64,000 nucleotides of DNA from Hemiscyllium ocellatum (Eukaryota): positions 5,306,923 through 5,370,922 of the forward strand of contig NC_083449.1 of NCBI RefSeq assembly GCF_020745735.1, read 5' to 3'. This document shows, one piece after another, positions 38,071 through 51,569 of this stretch. A program made the translations under genes and the position numbers. The notes under the pieces are model-generated. The model worked only from the letters and a program-made list of their open reading frames with translations. It searched no databases and was not told the origin of the DNA. The first letter of the stretch is position 1; every line of letters starts with the position of its first letter.

Positions 38071-40354
38071 GGTTGGGAAATACACATACATATTCACATA
38101 TTGGAAATTGACATGTCCATATTGATGACTATATTTGGATGTTCATAAAGCAAAGAGATTGATAACTGCACCATGCTCATAGAACAGAATCTGACAAGTA
38201 GAGATTAATAACTATATTTCCAAATGCACGTTGTTGAAACTGACAGGTTTACAAATTGATAACCTCATTCACATGTTCACAACACAGATACTAACAAGGA
38301 ATGATTGTTACATGCACTCACCAAGCAGAAACTGACTTGGTACAGATTGATAGCAACACTCTCAGTCTCATAGCTCACACTGCCAGATATTGGTTGATAT
38401 GTACACTCTCATTCATATAGCAAAAACTGGCAGGTATAATTTAATTACTTCCTCGGACATATGGAGGAGAGAATGACAGGGGTAGATTGCACTCTTCTAG
38501 TCACATAACAGAAAACCACGGTTACAAACTGATAACACTTTCACATAATATAAACTCGCCAATACAGTTTGATAAGTACACTCAATTTCACACAGAATCT
38601 GACAGGTAGAGATTGAAAACTGCTCTCTCATATTGACTTGGCAGCAACAGATAGGCATAGATTCAAATCTGTGCTCACATAGTCACATTGACGAAATTGA
38701 CTGCTAAGTTTTGTATATGCAGAGAAACTTTCCTGACAAGTATAATTTGATAAAGACACTCAGATATTCAGAGGGCAGAATATATTGATCATAACACTGT
38801 CTCACTGAGCAGAAATTGACAGGGAAATATTGATAAATACACTCACATATTCACATTGCAGAGACTGACAGGAAGAGCTGCTTCTGAATTCCTCATATTC
38901 ACACAGCCGAATTGGTCAGGGATAGACTGACAATTACACACAAGTATTCAGCCAGATAAACTGACAGGGTATGGATTGGTAACTACATTGACAGATGCAC
39001 ATACATTCTGACAGGGACAGATCAAAACTAAACTCTCAGGAAAACTCAAAGCAGAATATGACAAATACAGAATGATTAATGCATTTACACATTCACAAAT
39101 CCAAAAGTGACAGTTAAAGATTAATAACTAAACACTCTGATTCAGAGAACAGAAACTAATGAGGAATGGTTGATCAATTCACTTTCACATTGCAAAGACA
39201 GACAGCAATAGATTGACACATAAGCCACAGATACAGAGCAGAAACTGAATGGTGCAGATTGATAACTACACACATGCATGGACATAGCAGAAAGTGGCAT
39301 GATAGATTGATAACTACAGTCACACATTCTCATTGCAACAACTGACAGCAACACATTGATTGACAATAACTTGCTCATTTCACAAGACTGACAGGTAGAG
39401 ACTGAAAATGACGGTCACATTCACACAGCAGAATCTGACAGGCACAGCTGGATAACAGCACTCTCACATTCACATTGATGGAAACTGACAGGTATGTGTT
39501 GATAAATGCATTCACCTATTAACAAACCACAACCACACAGGGACAGGTTATTACTGACATTCTCAGATTAACACAGCAAAAGCTGACAGGGATAGGATGG
39601 TCAATAAACACACACATTCACATTGTGGAGACTGACAAATACATATTAATAGCGGTACTTTGATATTTACAAGTAGAGATTGATAAATCTATTCAAATAT
39701 TCATACAGAAGAAATTGACAAATACAAATCGATAAATACATTTACATATCCACGTAACAGAGACTGATAGGAACAAATTGAGAAATACATTCAGGTTGCA
39801 GAAATGGGCAGTGCTCTCAGCTGCAGAGTTATGGGCTGGTGGCAGGAAGGTGGAATTAGAATGGCCGTCTGGTGTCTTTGGGTTGGAATGGACATGATAG
39901 GACAAATGGACCTCTTATGTGCAATGTAATTTCAATGGATCTGTAGTTCTATGTTAATTTGTCCCTGTGAGTCACTACTATGTGAATACATAAGTAATTT
40001 CAGAATGGCTTAGAAGGACAGAATGTGAGAGTGTGGTTGTCATTCACAAAGTAGGAATTGACGTGATTAGTTCAAAAATGAAACTGATTCCCAGCCCTGC
40101 TTGCATTAGATAGCCCCATTCATGGAGATGTACAGTTATTGGTTAGTTTCTGGACCTCACTCAACTAGCATTGAATTAACAAAAAGAAAAATCACCAGAC
40201 ATGGAGTAAGAGTAGAATCAGACACGTTTGAATTCCTGGCTTTAAGTACAATATTCTCATGATTATTAACAGAATGTTGCATTGATCAGGTAAAGATGGT
40301 CAAACTTGGCTGATTAGGTGACTTACAGGAGATTTCTATTCTGTCTTCCTCCAG

Positions 40355-40436
40355 GCAAACACATGAAGGACCAAGACAATGTAATATTCCCTTGGTACAA
40401 AGCCAAGTGTGACCAGCTGTTTTGAACAAACAGCAG
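40355..40436 (+). ncRNA. 82-nt exon-like module, copy 5
   Basis: ctgtcttcctccAG acceptor, 82 nt, CAG|GTATGT donor. Confidence 0.6.
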
Positions 40437-40899
40437 GTATGTTACCGCTGTCAGAGCAAAGAACATATTTTGCACAGTCAAAGCAGATTGGGTCAGCTAC
40501 TCATGGAACTCAATTTGAGAGAGAGATGTTCAAACAACAGCGAAAATGTAAGTTTGTTTTTTTCTCACAATTCACAATGCAAATGTGTCCAGTTTGAACA
40601 AATGCCACTGTTCATAGCTCATTGATATTTGCACAATTTTGAAACTGGAAAGTCGGAATTCTTGTCCAAAATATACACACAAGAACAGAAATAAATATGT
40701 CTAAAATCAACCTCATGGCAAGTATTGCATAATGAATCACACCCTCGCAGAGAATATTCGTGGCTGCCAGAGAATTACGTCCCTTTGACAATTAGAAACT
40801 CACAAGCATGCATTGACACCTTTGTTCACTCGTTCAATTGGCAGTAACAGGCAAAAAGACATTGATGATGACACACCCATTCCGGGCACTGTCATGGAT

Positions 40900-41600
40900 A
40901 GATTCATGACACTCAGATGTTCATATGATAGAAAGTGACACACACTCTCATATTTTCATTGCACATACCAACAGGAACGGTTTGACAACTTCACTTCCAT
41001 ATTCAGATATCAGAAAGTATCAGACACAGATGAATAATTGTGCTCAAATGTTCATCTAATCAGAAATTGATATTTCAGATCAATAATCAAATTCAACTAC
41101 TGTCAGAGACTGAAGGTCGCAGGATGAAAAAAAAACTGACAGGTACGTTATGATAACTAAAATTACATTCATATATTCAAAACTGGCACGGACAGATTGG
41201 TAAATACGCTCACATTTTACACAATAGCAACTGTCCGAGAAAGATTAATAAGTGCACACCCATATTCACAATGCAGAAATTGACAGGAACAAGTTGATAA
41301 CACTCCCATTTCACAGAACATGAACTGACAGGTACAGTTTGATAACGATTCACTGAACACAGCCATATATTGACACTCGCACTTTTACACCTAGCAGAAA
41401 TTGACAGGTACAGATTGATAACTAAACTCACATTCACACAGCAGAAACTGAGAGAATAGATTTATAACAACAGTCACCCGCTTGAATTGCAATAACTGAC
41501 AGGAAAACATTAATTATAACATTTACATGATCATGTGACAAGAATGGATCGATTGATAAATGAATTTTCGTATTCACAATGCTAGAAATGAGAGGTGGAG
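40900..41600 (+). repeat. Degenerate ~49-bp tandem array, second block
   Basis: Near-consensus unit gcagaaattgacaggtacagattgataactaaactcacattcacaca at ~41394. Confidence 0.8.
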
Positions 41601-41604
41601 ACTG

Positions 41605-42560
41605 TGTGATGTTACTGTGGATTTAAGAGGTTTATTTTGTCCATTTGTTCTTGATGAACAAATTTAAGGCAGAGAATCTGAGCCACTAGAGCAAACAATT
41701 TGAGGCCTATTGGGTATCTTGACAGAAAGCTGAAGACTCATCAACAGAAAATACTTCATGTTTCAGAAGGAGATCTTGAGTTTGTTATTTTTGGAGAAAT
41801 TTAACAACCAAAATTACAGACCGTTTAGGTAAAGCCCATTATCGCAGTCATTCAATTTGCAAATTACATACATGAGAGAACCTAATTGCCAAGGTATTGT
41901 TGTGACTTTGATGAAAAAAGATGGAAGCGTTTCACAGCAGGAAACATTGGACTGTCATAGTGAGTGTTTGCGTGCTTAGAGTTAACAAAATATATCTGTA
42001 TTATGTGCTAATAGTGTGCTGCTAAGCAATGTTTAAAAATTAGGCCATCCCTGTATATTGATAGGTTCTTTTTGAGAGTGGTGAAAGGTTTGGTGATATT
42101 GTGGCTTTAAGATATTTCTTTTGTCCTTTCTTTCTTGTTGAGGAGAGATTTTATGGCAGAAGTGTGGAGAGGTCTACCAGAGCTACTAGAGTAAACAGTT
42201 TGAGGCTGTTTTTAAAGTTGGAACAACAGAAGCAGCCTGAATGGGTGTGGTCAAGCTCTCACAGAATGACATTTTTAGTTTTGGCTTTCAGCAAAACTGT
42301 TGGCATCTTGAAGACAGGAAAGTTAGTTTTCCCCTCTCAGTTACAGTCAGAGGCTGCAGATTCTCTTTCTGCTACTGGAGCTAGATGTGAGACTATTTTA
42401 TTGAATTTGCCTTTTGCCAAAGATGTTTATGGGATATTGCTGTATTGGAACAGTTAAATAGGAAGAGTAATTGTATGCATTACTCTGTTAAGTATTCCAA
42501 TAGAGTTCAGTTGTTCCAATTCCTTCTTTATTGTGTTGTATGTTAACTATTGTGGACATG
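41605..42560 (+). mobile_element. Probable LTR remnant related to the Gypsy LTR at ~4 kb
   Basis: tttgccttttgccaaagatgtttatgggatattgctgtattggaaca (~42405) resembles 4173-4225; it interrupts the 49-bp array. Confidence 0.45.
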
Positions 42561-42734
42561 ACAAAATACACATTTTAAAACAACACTATCACTCTCAATG
42601 ATTGCTACACTCATACTCACATAACAGAAATGGACTGGTACAGATAGATAACTACCCTGCCATTTTTGCACCACATTACAGCTAGACGGGCTGTAATGTA
42701 ATGAGGGGTACGTCAGGTTCCAAGCAATTGATTG

Positions 42735-43358
42735 TGTTAGGGGTCTCTCTACTCAGAGGCACAGACAGACATTTCTGCAGCCAGCAGTGAAAAGTCAGAA
42801 TGGTGTATTGTCTCCAATGGTGCCAGAATAAAGGATATCGCAAGGAGGGTGCAGAATATTCTCAGAGCGAAGAGGTCCCAGCAGGAAGTGATTGCACACA
42901 TCAGAACTAATAACGTAGGAAAGGAAAGGATGAGATTCTGAAGGGAGAATATAGAAAGTTAGACAAGAAATTAAGATGGAGGTCCTCGAGGGTACTAATA
43001 TCTGGATAACTTCCATTGCTCTGAGCTAGTGAGAGTCAGGATTGGAGGATAGAGCAGATGAATGTGTGATTGAGGAGCTGGTATAAAGGAGATGGTTTCA
43101 CATTTTAGGATCATTGGAATCTCTTGTGGGATAAAAGTGACCTGTACAAGAAGGACAGATTTCACCTGAATTGGGAAGGAACTAATATAATGGTAGGGAG
43201 ATTTGCTAGAGCTGCTTGGAAGGATTTAAACTAGTAAGGTGGGGGATCCAGGGAAAAAGTGAGGAAAGAGATCAATGTGAGACTGGTATAGCTGGGAAAA
43301 GGAGTCAGTCAAACAGTAAGGGCAGGCAGGAACAAAACAGAGAATAAGGTAGGACAGA
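42735..43358 (+). mobile_element. CR1 ORF1 (esterase) fragment
   Basis: Homologous to 24050-24640 (ggcacagacagac..., ggatcattggaatctctt..., gggcaggcaggaacaa). Confidence 0.75.
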
Positions 43359-43359
43359 A

Positions 43360-44458
43360 GTGTTCCCCAATTGTGACTCGGCCAACATTGACTATCTCAT
43401 ACGCTGCAGGCAAGGATGCCCCAGGGATTTGTACATTGGCGAGACTGAGCAGACACTACGACAACGTATGATGGACACTGCACAACCATCACCAGGCAAG
43501 GGTGTTCCCTTCCCTTCCCCAGGCAAACACTTCATCTGTCCAGGATATTTGGCCTAGGACCTTCCGGTGACCATCCTCCAAGGCAGATTTTGGGACAAGC
43601 AACAATGCAAAGTGGCCGAGCCGAGGCTGATAGCCCAGTTTGGTAGCCATGAGGATGGACTCAAGTGGGACCTTGGGTTCATGTCACGCTACAGATGACC
43701 CCAATGAACTATACACTCCGTCACAGACACACAGACACCCCTCCCCCCCCCCCCCACACCATTACACTCCTACATATTCTCACACTAACATAGACCCTCT
43801 GTCATCTACAAGCTCAATCTCATATGCACACATATACATCCCCCACACTCACCCACGCATGCACCCTCTCACAAGGTTATATCCCATCACATCTATACAC
43901 TACTTTACCAAGCTTACACAGACACTTTCTCTTTGTCTATCTGTCTCTCTCTTTCTATCTGTTTGTCTGTCTCTTGTTCTCTGTCTCCCCCTCCCTCTGT
44001 CTGCCAAGTACACAGATATAAGTTTATGTGGTGAATCTGTATTTGCAGAATTTTATTTTGTTCAAAAAGATGCATAACCTTCGGTCAATCCATGTAAGAT
44101 TCCGTAAATCCCACTTTACAAATGGAACCAGTCTGACTCCAGATTAGGACACAAACAGACTTTAACCTCACACCTTGAAAGCATTGCCTGGGCTGAGATG
44201 ACACATTTTCTCAGAACACCTAAAGTTATCTTGAGAATGTGACCATGACTTACAAGGAATTCTGGGGTTTACATTTTAAACAACCAAAACTAGAAAAGCC
44301 ATTTTAAAAGATGAAACACTTAATCACGGATTGTTTAATATATATTCTGTATTTTATGGTCTTGCGTCACAACCACCTGATGAAGAAGCGGCACAATGAA
44401 AGCTAGTCCTTCCAAATAAATCCGTTGGATTATAACCTGGTGTTGTGTGAGTTTTAAC
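43360..44458 (+). mobile_element. Penelope-like element 3' part with GIY-YIG endonuclease remnant
   Basis: CDSANIDYLIRCRQGCPRDLYIGETEQTLRQRM; terminal cctgatgaag...gaaagctag...ggtgttgtgtgagttttaac. Confidence 0.88.
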
Positions 44459-44625
44459 TCTGAAGATTCACATTGAGTCCCTACCTAACCATTCATAGTG
44501 AGGTTAACGTTCCTGCAAACTACCCAATCAGGAACCAGGCTTTCCCCCATCCTTCATTAGCATTGTGACGCCTTCACTGTATCAACACCGAGCTCCGAGC
44601 CCACTTTTCCTTATTCTGTTTCTGA
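44459..44625 (+). pseudogene. Orphan H2B promoter + 5' UTR (CDS absent)
   Basis: tacccaatc...ccccatccttcattagcattgtgacgcc...ctccgagcccacttttccttattctgtttctga matches the reverse complement of 13490-13600. TATA decayed. Confidence 0.85.
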
Positions 44626-46645
44626 TATTAGATAGAACATAGAGAACATAGAACAGTACAGCACAGAACAGGCCCTTCAGCCCACGATGTTGTGCCGACC
44701 ATTGATCCTCATGTATGCACCCTCAAATTTCTGTGACCATATGCATGTCCAGCAATCTTTTAAATGTCTCCAATGACCTTGCTTCCACAACTGCTGCTGG
44801 CAACGCATTCCATGCTTCCACAACTCTGTGGAAAGAACCCACCTCTGACATCCCTCTATACTTTCCTTCAACCAGCTTAAAACTATGACACCTCATGTTA
44901 GCCATTTCTGCCCTGGGAAATAGTCTCTGGCTATCGACTCTATCTATGCCTCTCATTATCTTGTATACCTCAATTAGGTCCCCTCTCGTCCTCCTTTTCT
45001 CCAATGAGAAAAGTCCGAGCTCAGTCAACCTCTCTTCATAAGATAAGCCCTCCAGTCCAGGTAGCATCCTGGTAAACCTCCTCTGAAGCCTTCCCATAGC
45101 ATCCACATCTTTCCTATAATAGGGTGACCAGAACTGGACGCAGTATTCCAAGTGTGGTCTAACAAAAGTTTTATAGAGCTGCAACAAGATCTCATGACTC
45201 CTAAACTCAATGCCTCTGTTAATAAAAGCCAAAACACCATATGCTTTCTTAACAACCATGTCCACTTGGGTGGCCATTTTAAGGGATCTATGTACCTGCA
45301 CACCAAGATCCCTCTGTTCCTCCATACTGCCAAGAATCCTATCCTTAATCCTGTACTCAGCTTTCAAATTCGACCTTCCAAAATGCATCACCTCACATTT
45401 ATCCAGGTTGAACTCCATCTGCCAGCACTCAGCCCATCCCTGCATCCTGTCAATGTCCTGCTGCAGCCTACAACAGCCCTCTGTACTGACAATGACACCT
45501 CCAATCTTTGTGTCATCTGCAAACTTGCTGACCCATCCTTCAATCCCCTCATCCAAGTCATTAATAAAAATTACAAACAGTGGAGGCCCAAGGACAGAGC
45601 CCTGTGGAACACCACTCACCACTGACTTCCAGACAGAATATTCTCCTTCTACTACCACTCGCTGTCTTCTGTTGACCAGCCAATTCTATATCCAGACAGC
45701 TAAGTTCCCCTGTATCCCATTCCTCCTGACCTTCTGAATGAGCCTACCATGGGGAATCTTATCAAATGCCTTTCTGAAGTCCATATACACCAAATCCACA
45801 GCTCAACCCTCATCAACTTTTCTAGTCACATCCTCAAAGAACTCAATAAGGTTTGTGAGGCATGACCTGCCCCTCACAAAGCCGTGTTGACTGCATTTAA
45901 TCAAGCCATGCTCTTGCAGATGGTCATAAATCCTATCCTTCAGAATCCTTTCTAACTCCTTGCAGACGACAGGCATGAGACTTACTGCTCTGTAATTGTC
46001 GGGCATTTCCCTATTTCCTTTCTTGAAGAGAGGAATTACATTTGCCTCTCTCCAGTCCTCAGGTACGATTCCAGTGGAGAGCTAGGATGCAAAGATCTTC
46101 GCAAGTGGCAAAGCAATTGCATTTCTCGTTTCCAAAAGCAGCCAAGGACAAATCTGCTGGGCCTGGTGACTTGTCAATCTTAATGTTTGACAAAATTTTC
46201 AGCACATCAGCTTCCTCTATCTCTATCCATTCCAGCATGCACACCTGCTCTTCAAAGGTTTCATTCACTACAAAGTTCGTTTCTTTCATAAAGACAGAAG
46301 CAGAAAATTCATTTAGGGCTTTCCCTACCTCCTCAGACTCCACACACAAGTTCCCCATGCTATCCCTGATCAGCCCTACTCTTTCTTTGACCATTCTTTT
46401 ATTCATCATATAAGTGTAAAATGCCTTTGTGTTCTCCTTAATCCGTTCTGCCAAGCCTTTCTCGTGCCCCCTCCTGGCTCTCCTCAGACCATTTTTGAGC
46501 TCCTTCCTTGCCTACCTGTAATCCCCTGGAGCTGAACTTGACCCTAGCTACCTCCACCTTATGTAAGCTACCATTTTCCTTTTGACTAGAAGCTCCACCG
46601 CTCTCGTCATCCAAGGTTCCTTTATCTTACCACCTCTTGCCTGTC
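44626..46645 (-). mobile_element. Relatively young 5'-truncated CR1 LINE
   Basis: 311-aa uninterrupted RT ORF (SGVPQGSVLGP, KFADDTK, LYKTFVRPHLEYCVQFWSP); upstream pieces (KSPGP, QHGFVRGRSCLTNLIEFF); (ttcta/tg)-type tail at ~44630-44655. Confidence 0.96.
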
Positions 46646-47494
46646 GTTATGTTGTGCTGTATTTAGGAAGAGCTGAACTGCCCGCGTGCCATAAGTATGT
46701 TTATAATGAGTGGTCGCTGACCCTCTGTTTTATTCTCTGATGTGTTCTTGTGTAAGATCCTTTGCCTGGCCGTAGAGAGGGAGAATAATAGAGGCCACAG
46801 TCATTTTCAGCTGCTTCCAGTTTGTTGCTCTTTAATACTCAACCAGTTCGGTAGTAACATGCCCCCATGGGGTATGAGCCTGAGTTTGATCTCCGGAAAA
46901 CAGAACAAGCGCCCTATCTTTGAATTCCATGGATAGATTCATTCTACGCTTTTTAAATTTCAGAATACTGATGCTGTTGTCTGATTGCTGAAGGCTCTGA
47001 ATGAGGCGTTCTGCTGTCAAAGCTTTCAAAATGAAGAGTTCAAACCAGAACTGTAAGAGTCAGTCAAGCAGCATAGATACAGACCCTTTGGTCCAACCAG
47101 TCCATACCCACTATAATCGCAAACTAGACTGGTTCTAACTGTCAGTTCTTGTCCCATAGTCCTTTGAAACTTTTCTTATCATGAACTTATTTAAATGTCT
47201 TCTAAATATTGTGACTGTATCCACGTCCATCACCTGCTTTAGAAGTTAATTCTACACAAACCACATCAGCATTTCACTGTAGTTACAGATGATACACAAT
47301 GTCCTGGGATGTGCTAGATCAGATCTGAGATTTATCCAAATCTGTCTTCTAAGACCTCCAGCATTCCTCTTTGCAATGTGAACTGTTTTCAAAACATCAA
47401 TATTTATTTCCCTAAGTATACTAGCTTCCCAGTTTAAAAAAAAACTGTTCTGAAATATTCATTTTGAGCTTGTCCCATCTTCTGAGATCCAACA

Positions 47495-48268
47495 GAACGG
47501 CAGGGGTGAACTGGATCTACTTATTACCAAATGGCCCATGTCTCCTCTCAAAGTAGCTGACAAACAAAAAAAAGGCAACCTGCCTTAGAATTGAAACACA
47601 AGAATGGCTGAAAGGAGATAAACGAGGTTAACAGTCTGTCCCAGCCTTAAAGTAAAGAAAATGATACCTTTGAACAAACCTACTCCAAAGCCAGTTGCCT
47701 TGAGTAGCAACCATCCTAGATCAGAACATGTTCACAAGCCAAACAAGGGAACATAATATACATAATTAGGACGATGGGAAATATAAGAGGAAAAATTGAA
47801 TTTGATAAAGACAGCACATGAGATCCGATAAATAATGGAATTCAAACTATCTCCGTATAAAACCAGCCCGAGAGGCCTGAAGGAATCTAGCAATTAAGTT
47901 TGGAATGTGAATGACTAGGATGCATAGAAAGATCCCAAGGACTAGAGATTATAGTGTGTTAAACACCATGAGGTCATGGGAAGCTGAGACCTGCTAAAGA
48001 AATGCCCATCATTAATTATGTGTCTTATAGGATTGGGTTTATAAAGTAAGAGGGAGGAACCTAGTGATTATGGTGCATGTCATTGTTAACAGTGCATAAA
48101 ATACTGTTTTTTATAATAAATTCAGGGTGTGTCATTGGTCTCTCTTCCAAGGCTGGCCTCTGGGGAGGATTCTTTGGTCCTCTCCTTGGGGTTTTGCATG
48201 AATAAACATCCACTTGCCTGCCTCCTGAGTTTACATTCCCTTTTCAGTGGAAAAGGCTCCCACAACAA
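47495..48268 (+). mobile_element. Possible solo LTR inserted between CR1 fragments
   Basis: ~770-bp insert between CR1-like pieces with TATA-like motifs, AATAAA at ~48202 and a ...cacaaca end. Confidence 0.35.
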
Positions 48269-49997
48269 CAACTACCTCTTGGATCTTTAATGTGTCCTAC
48301 TCGCTCTTTCTAGTCACTAATTTGCTTTGAATGAACTTGTAGAATCCCTTTGTTTAATCGTATCTGTCAAGGCTATCTCATAACACCACCCTCCACCCTG
48401 TTGTCCTTCTTGATTTCCCTCTTAAGAATGCCCCGACATTTTTCATGCTGATCAGAGATTCATTTGAACTCAGTTGTCCGTATCTAAGATATGCTTTACT
48501 TGAAGTCTCAAATAAAAAAAACAATTTTACTGCTCCTCCAATGCTGCCTGACCTGTGCCTTTCCAGCTTCACTTCTTATCAACTCTGACTTCCAGCTTCT
48601 GCTGTCCTTTTTAAAAACCTTACATTTATCCACAATATATTGCATCTGATTTGCACTTGCCCATTGACTACACCTCATCACAATCACATCTCACCACTCA
48701 AAGCAGTTTTATGTCATCTGTTAATCTGGAGATATTACATTTATTTCCCTCATCTAAATCATGGTGAATATATAGTGAAGAGTTGGATTCCAGCAATAAG
48801 AGATGCCATGTCGCCAAGGTACTGCTTGTCATTGTGAAAATGATCCACTTATTCCCTTTGTGTTTTCTTTCAGCCAACTAGGTATTTTTAACATCCATCT
48901 CAATACCATGCTCTTTAGTTATTCTCAGGTGGGAACTTGCCAAAATCTTCTGAATGACCTCCATGTGTTCTTCCAGCAGAGAATATAGAACATTATAACA
49001 CAGAAACAGACCCTTAAAATCCATGCTGACTCTGTTTGATTCTGATTTTTTTTAACCCCAGACACACTGCAATCTTGTTTCCCTGCAGGCCGAGTGGCCT
49101 ATAATTCCCAGTTTATCTCTCCCTTCCTTTTCAAATAGTTTTTCTGTTTCTGCTTCCTCTCTACACATGCAAAAATACTTTAACAGTTGTTTCTTTTTCA
49201 CAACAATTGCAAGCATACTCTTATCATCATTTTCTCTTTCTTCCTCAATGTGCTCATCTCCTCATTTGCTGAAATCTAAACTGTTCCCACCCTTTAGGTC
49301 TGCCTATTTATTTTCTTGGAGAAAATAAGGACTGCAGATGCTGGAACTGCATCTTCGCAATTAGAGCACCTGTTCTTGGAATCAAATATAATCTTGCAGA
49401 ACCCTAACGTTTTGTAAAGTTTACACAAGTAATACCTAAATTTTGTGAAATCTAAAACGAATACTGTCCAAACTCAGGGCAACTTCTATCTCAAAAGTTG
49501 AATGCAGCTGATGTAGGGGTACATCACCTTGATCGAGGATAAGTTTCTCTCTAAGCCACACACCATAATAATTTGGAAATGCAACATATCCCCTTTCATT
49601 TACTGTCACTGGATAAAGACCCTGGAACTCTGTTCATAGTATTGTGGGTAGCACATGGACAACAGCTGTTCCAGAAGGTGGCTCACCACTGCATTCTCTA
49701 AGGGATGGATAATAAATGCTAGGCTCAGCCAGTGACATACATGTTCCAGGAGTGAATCAGTAAAAATAGCTGGGGAGTCTCATCGTGACATACAACATAT
49801 CACAAGGTTTCTGTCTGCAGCATACCCGACTCTAAAATTTGTCATCCACTATAAACTAAAACGAGTCCCAGTGATCCTATTGCATATCTCCCTGCTCCAG
49901 GTTTGATTTCCTCGGGCCTCCTGACTCAGAAATAGGGAATGACCTTATGACGCAAGACTCTGCGAACAGTTACATACTGTCTTCGTAAAAAAAAGTT

Positions 49998-50198
49998 GAA
50001 AATGTGTTGCTGGAAAAGCGCAGCAGGTCAGGCAGCATCCAAGGAACAGGAAATTCGACGTTTCGGGCATAAGCCCTTCATCAGGAATGCCTGAAACGTC
50101 GAATTTCCTGTTCCTTGGATGCTGCCTGACCTGCTGCGCTTTAACCAGCAACACATTTTCAGCTCGGATCTCCAGCATCTGCAGACCTCACTTTCTCC
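49998..50198. mobile_element. Young PLE-derived foldback insertion with 15-bp TSD
   Basis: Perfect direct repeat tcgtaaaaaaaagtt at 49983-49997 and 50199-50213; ~65-bp inverted arms. Confidence 0.9.
50053..50088 (-). ncRNA. Minimal type I hammerhead ribozyme motif
   Basis: Minus: AUUC-CUGAUGA-A-GGGC-UUAU-GCCC-GAAA-C-GUC-GAAU. Stem I AUUC/GAAU, stem II GGGC/GCCC, palindromic ACGU stem III. Confidence 0.75.
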
Positions 50199-50574
50199 TC
50201 GTAAAAAAAAGTTCCACTTATTCTATCTGTCTGCCTGCTACTTTCAACCAGGTGTAAGTAATTGTGGATGAGGGTCAACAGGATTAATTACCACACTTAA
50301 CATAAGATCAGACTTGATGTTATTGAATGGTGGGCACAGATGGGCTGAGTGGCCGCCAGTTTCTCCGCTCCCTGATCAGACTGTGAGAGAACCGGAGGGA
50401 GGAGTTATTAACATGACCCGGGAATGAGCTCCATTAGAGCTTCATAAAGAGATGGTATCCCGGCTTGAAACCTTCTCTACCCTTCCTCCCACATTCCCAG
50501 TTCTTTTAGTCAAACTGGGAGAAAAGGGAATTGTGGAAATGATCAATTGATGTTTGTTTCTGGGAATCGGTGGG

Positions 50575-51080
50575 AAAAAGTAGCGCATGCGCACTGCCGC
50601 CCCAACCGCAATGCTCAGTCCCTGAGTAGAGGAGCGCATGCGCGATGCAGTCCTTCCACCAATGCTGATTGTTCCTGAGTTGAGGGGCGCATGCGTGAGT
50701 CCCGCCCCCCAGCGCTGCCATTGAAGAGCATTTACTCAGTGAGTACAAGAGGTTTGTTTGAAACAGACCGCAATGGAGAGATCAGCGCCCAGGGAAGCGA
50801 GGGAACAGCAGGCTCCTTCCAGCAGCACATCGGGATGGGAGCCTGGGACACAGAGGGGGCTCCGAGACCGGGATTGATTCGGGATGAGTTCAGGGAGAAC
50901 CGGGGGCTGTTTGTAAGAGGCCGAGCGGAACAGGAACTGGTCCCGGAACTTGGAGTGAGCGGGCTGGGGGGAAGAGAGAGGCCTTTCTTGGGCTGGGTGT
51001 GGGCCTGCTGAGGGAGGCAGAGCGGGAAGAAGCTGCTGTGGGACATTCTTGTGGTTTTTATTCCCCTAAACACTGATGGG
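50575..51080 (+). promoter_or_regulatory. GC-rich promoter/first-exon core, copy 4 (three NRF1-type sites)
   Basis: gcgcatgcgc 50583-50592 and 50634-50643, gcgcatgcgt 50687-50696, GC box, GCCATT 50717-50722, CA|GTGAGT 50739-50744. Confidence 0.7.
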
Positions 51081-51488
51081 GATTCATTGTTTGGCTTCTG
51101 TTTGCCGCTATTTGTTGCGAATAGACATTGAATTGTTGGGGAATACAGGACAATACTGTATATCTAAATGTGATAGTAGTGCCCGTTGTTCTTCCTTCTA
51201 CAGTTAGTGTATTGGGAGCTGAATATTGAACTGGGTAATCATTCGACTTATGAAATTGTGTAGATGTTGGTTAGCTTTTGTACCTGAGTAAATTGTTTTA
51301 GAATTTCGCAAACAGAAAAAAAGACTGGGAGGAGCTCAGTGCTTGAGCGTAGCCGGGCCTTGCTCTGTTCACCTTGCCCTGTTTAAAAACACAGAATTTT
51401 CATGATCACGAGTTGAATTGGCATTGATCAGTTGATGTCTTTTCCCCCAGCTGATGGTGATTTACAGGAAATATCTCTCTTCCTCCAG

Positions 51489-51569
51489 GCAAATGATTGA
51501 TGGACCAAGATAATGCATATTCCCTCAGTTTAAAGCCAAGTGTGACCAGCTGCTTCTATCAACTAACAG
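51489..51569 (+). ncRNA. Exon-like module copy 6 (81 nt)
   Basis: tctctcttcctccAG acceptor, CAG|GTATGT donor; ~750 bp downstream of the core-4 donor. Confidence 0.6.

Larger units (their letters stand above)
36890..39800 (+). repeat. Degenerate ~49-bp tandem array
   Basis: Consensus read by eye: GCAGAAACTGACAGGTACAGATTGATAACTACACTCACATATTCACACA. Units start at e.g. ~39239, 39288 and 39337. Confidence 0.85.

Noticed and set aside
36890-39800. 49-bp array as a CRISPR array
   Set aside because: Whole units are homologous and degenerate, with no identical repeats separated by unique spacers, no cas genes, and a vertebrate context.
40255-40325. Box C/D snoRNA upstream of each exon module (ATGATYA...TGATCA...CTGA)
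   Set aside because: Box C never matches RTGATGA, box D is missing in several copies, there is no terminal stem, and the position overlaps the expected branch-point region. A snoscan/Infernal run would settle it.
44723-45658. 311-aa reverse transcriptase as a host gene or active element
   Set aside because: It belongs to a 5'-truncated CR1 with stops and frameshifts upstream and no endonuclease or ORF1.
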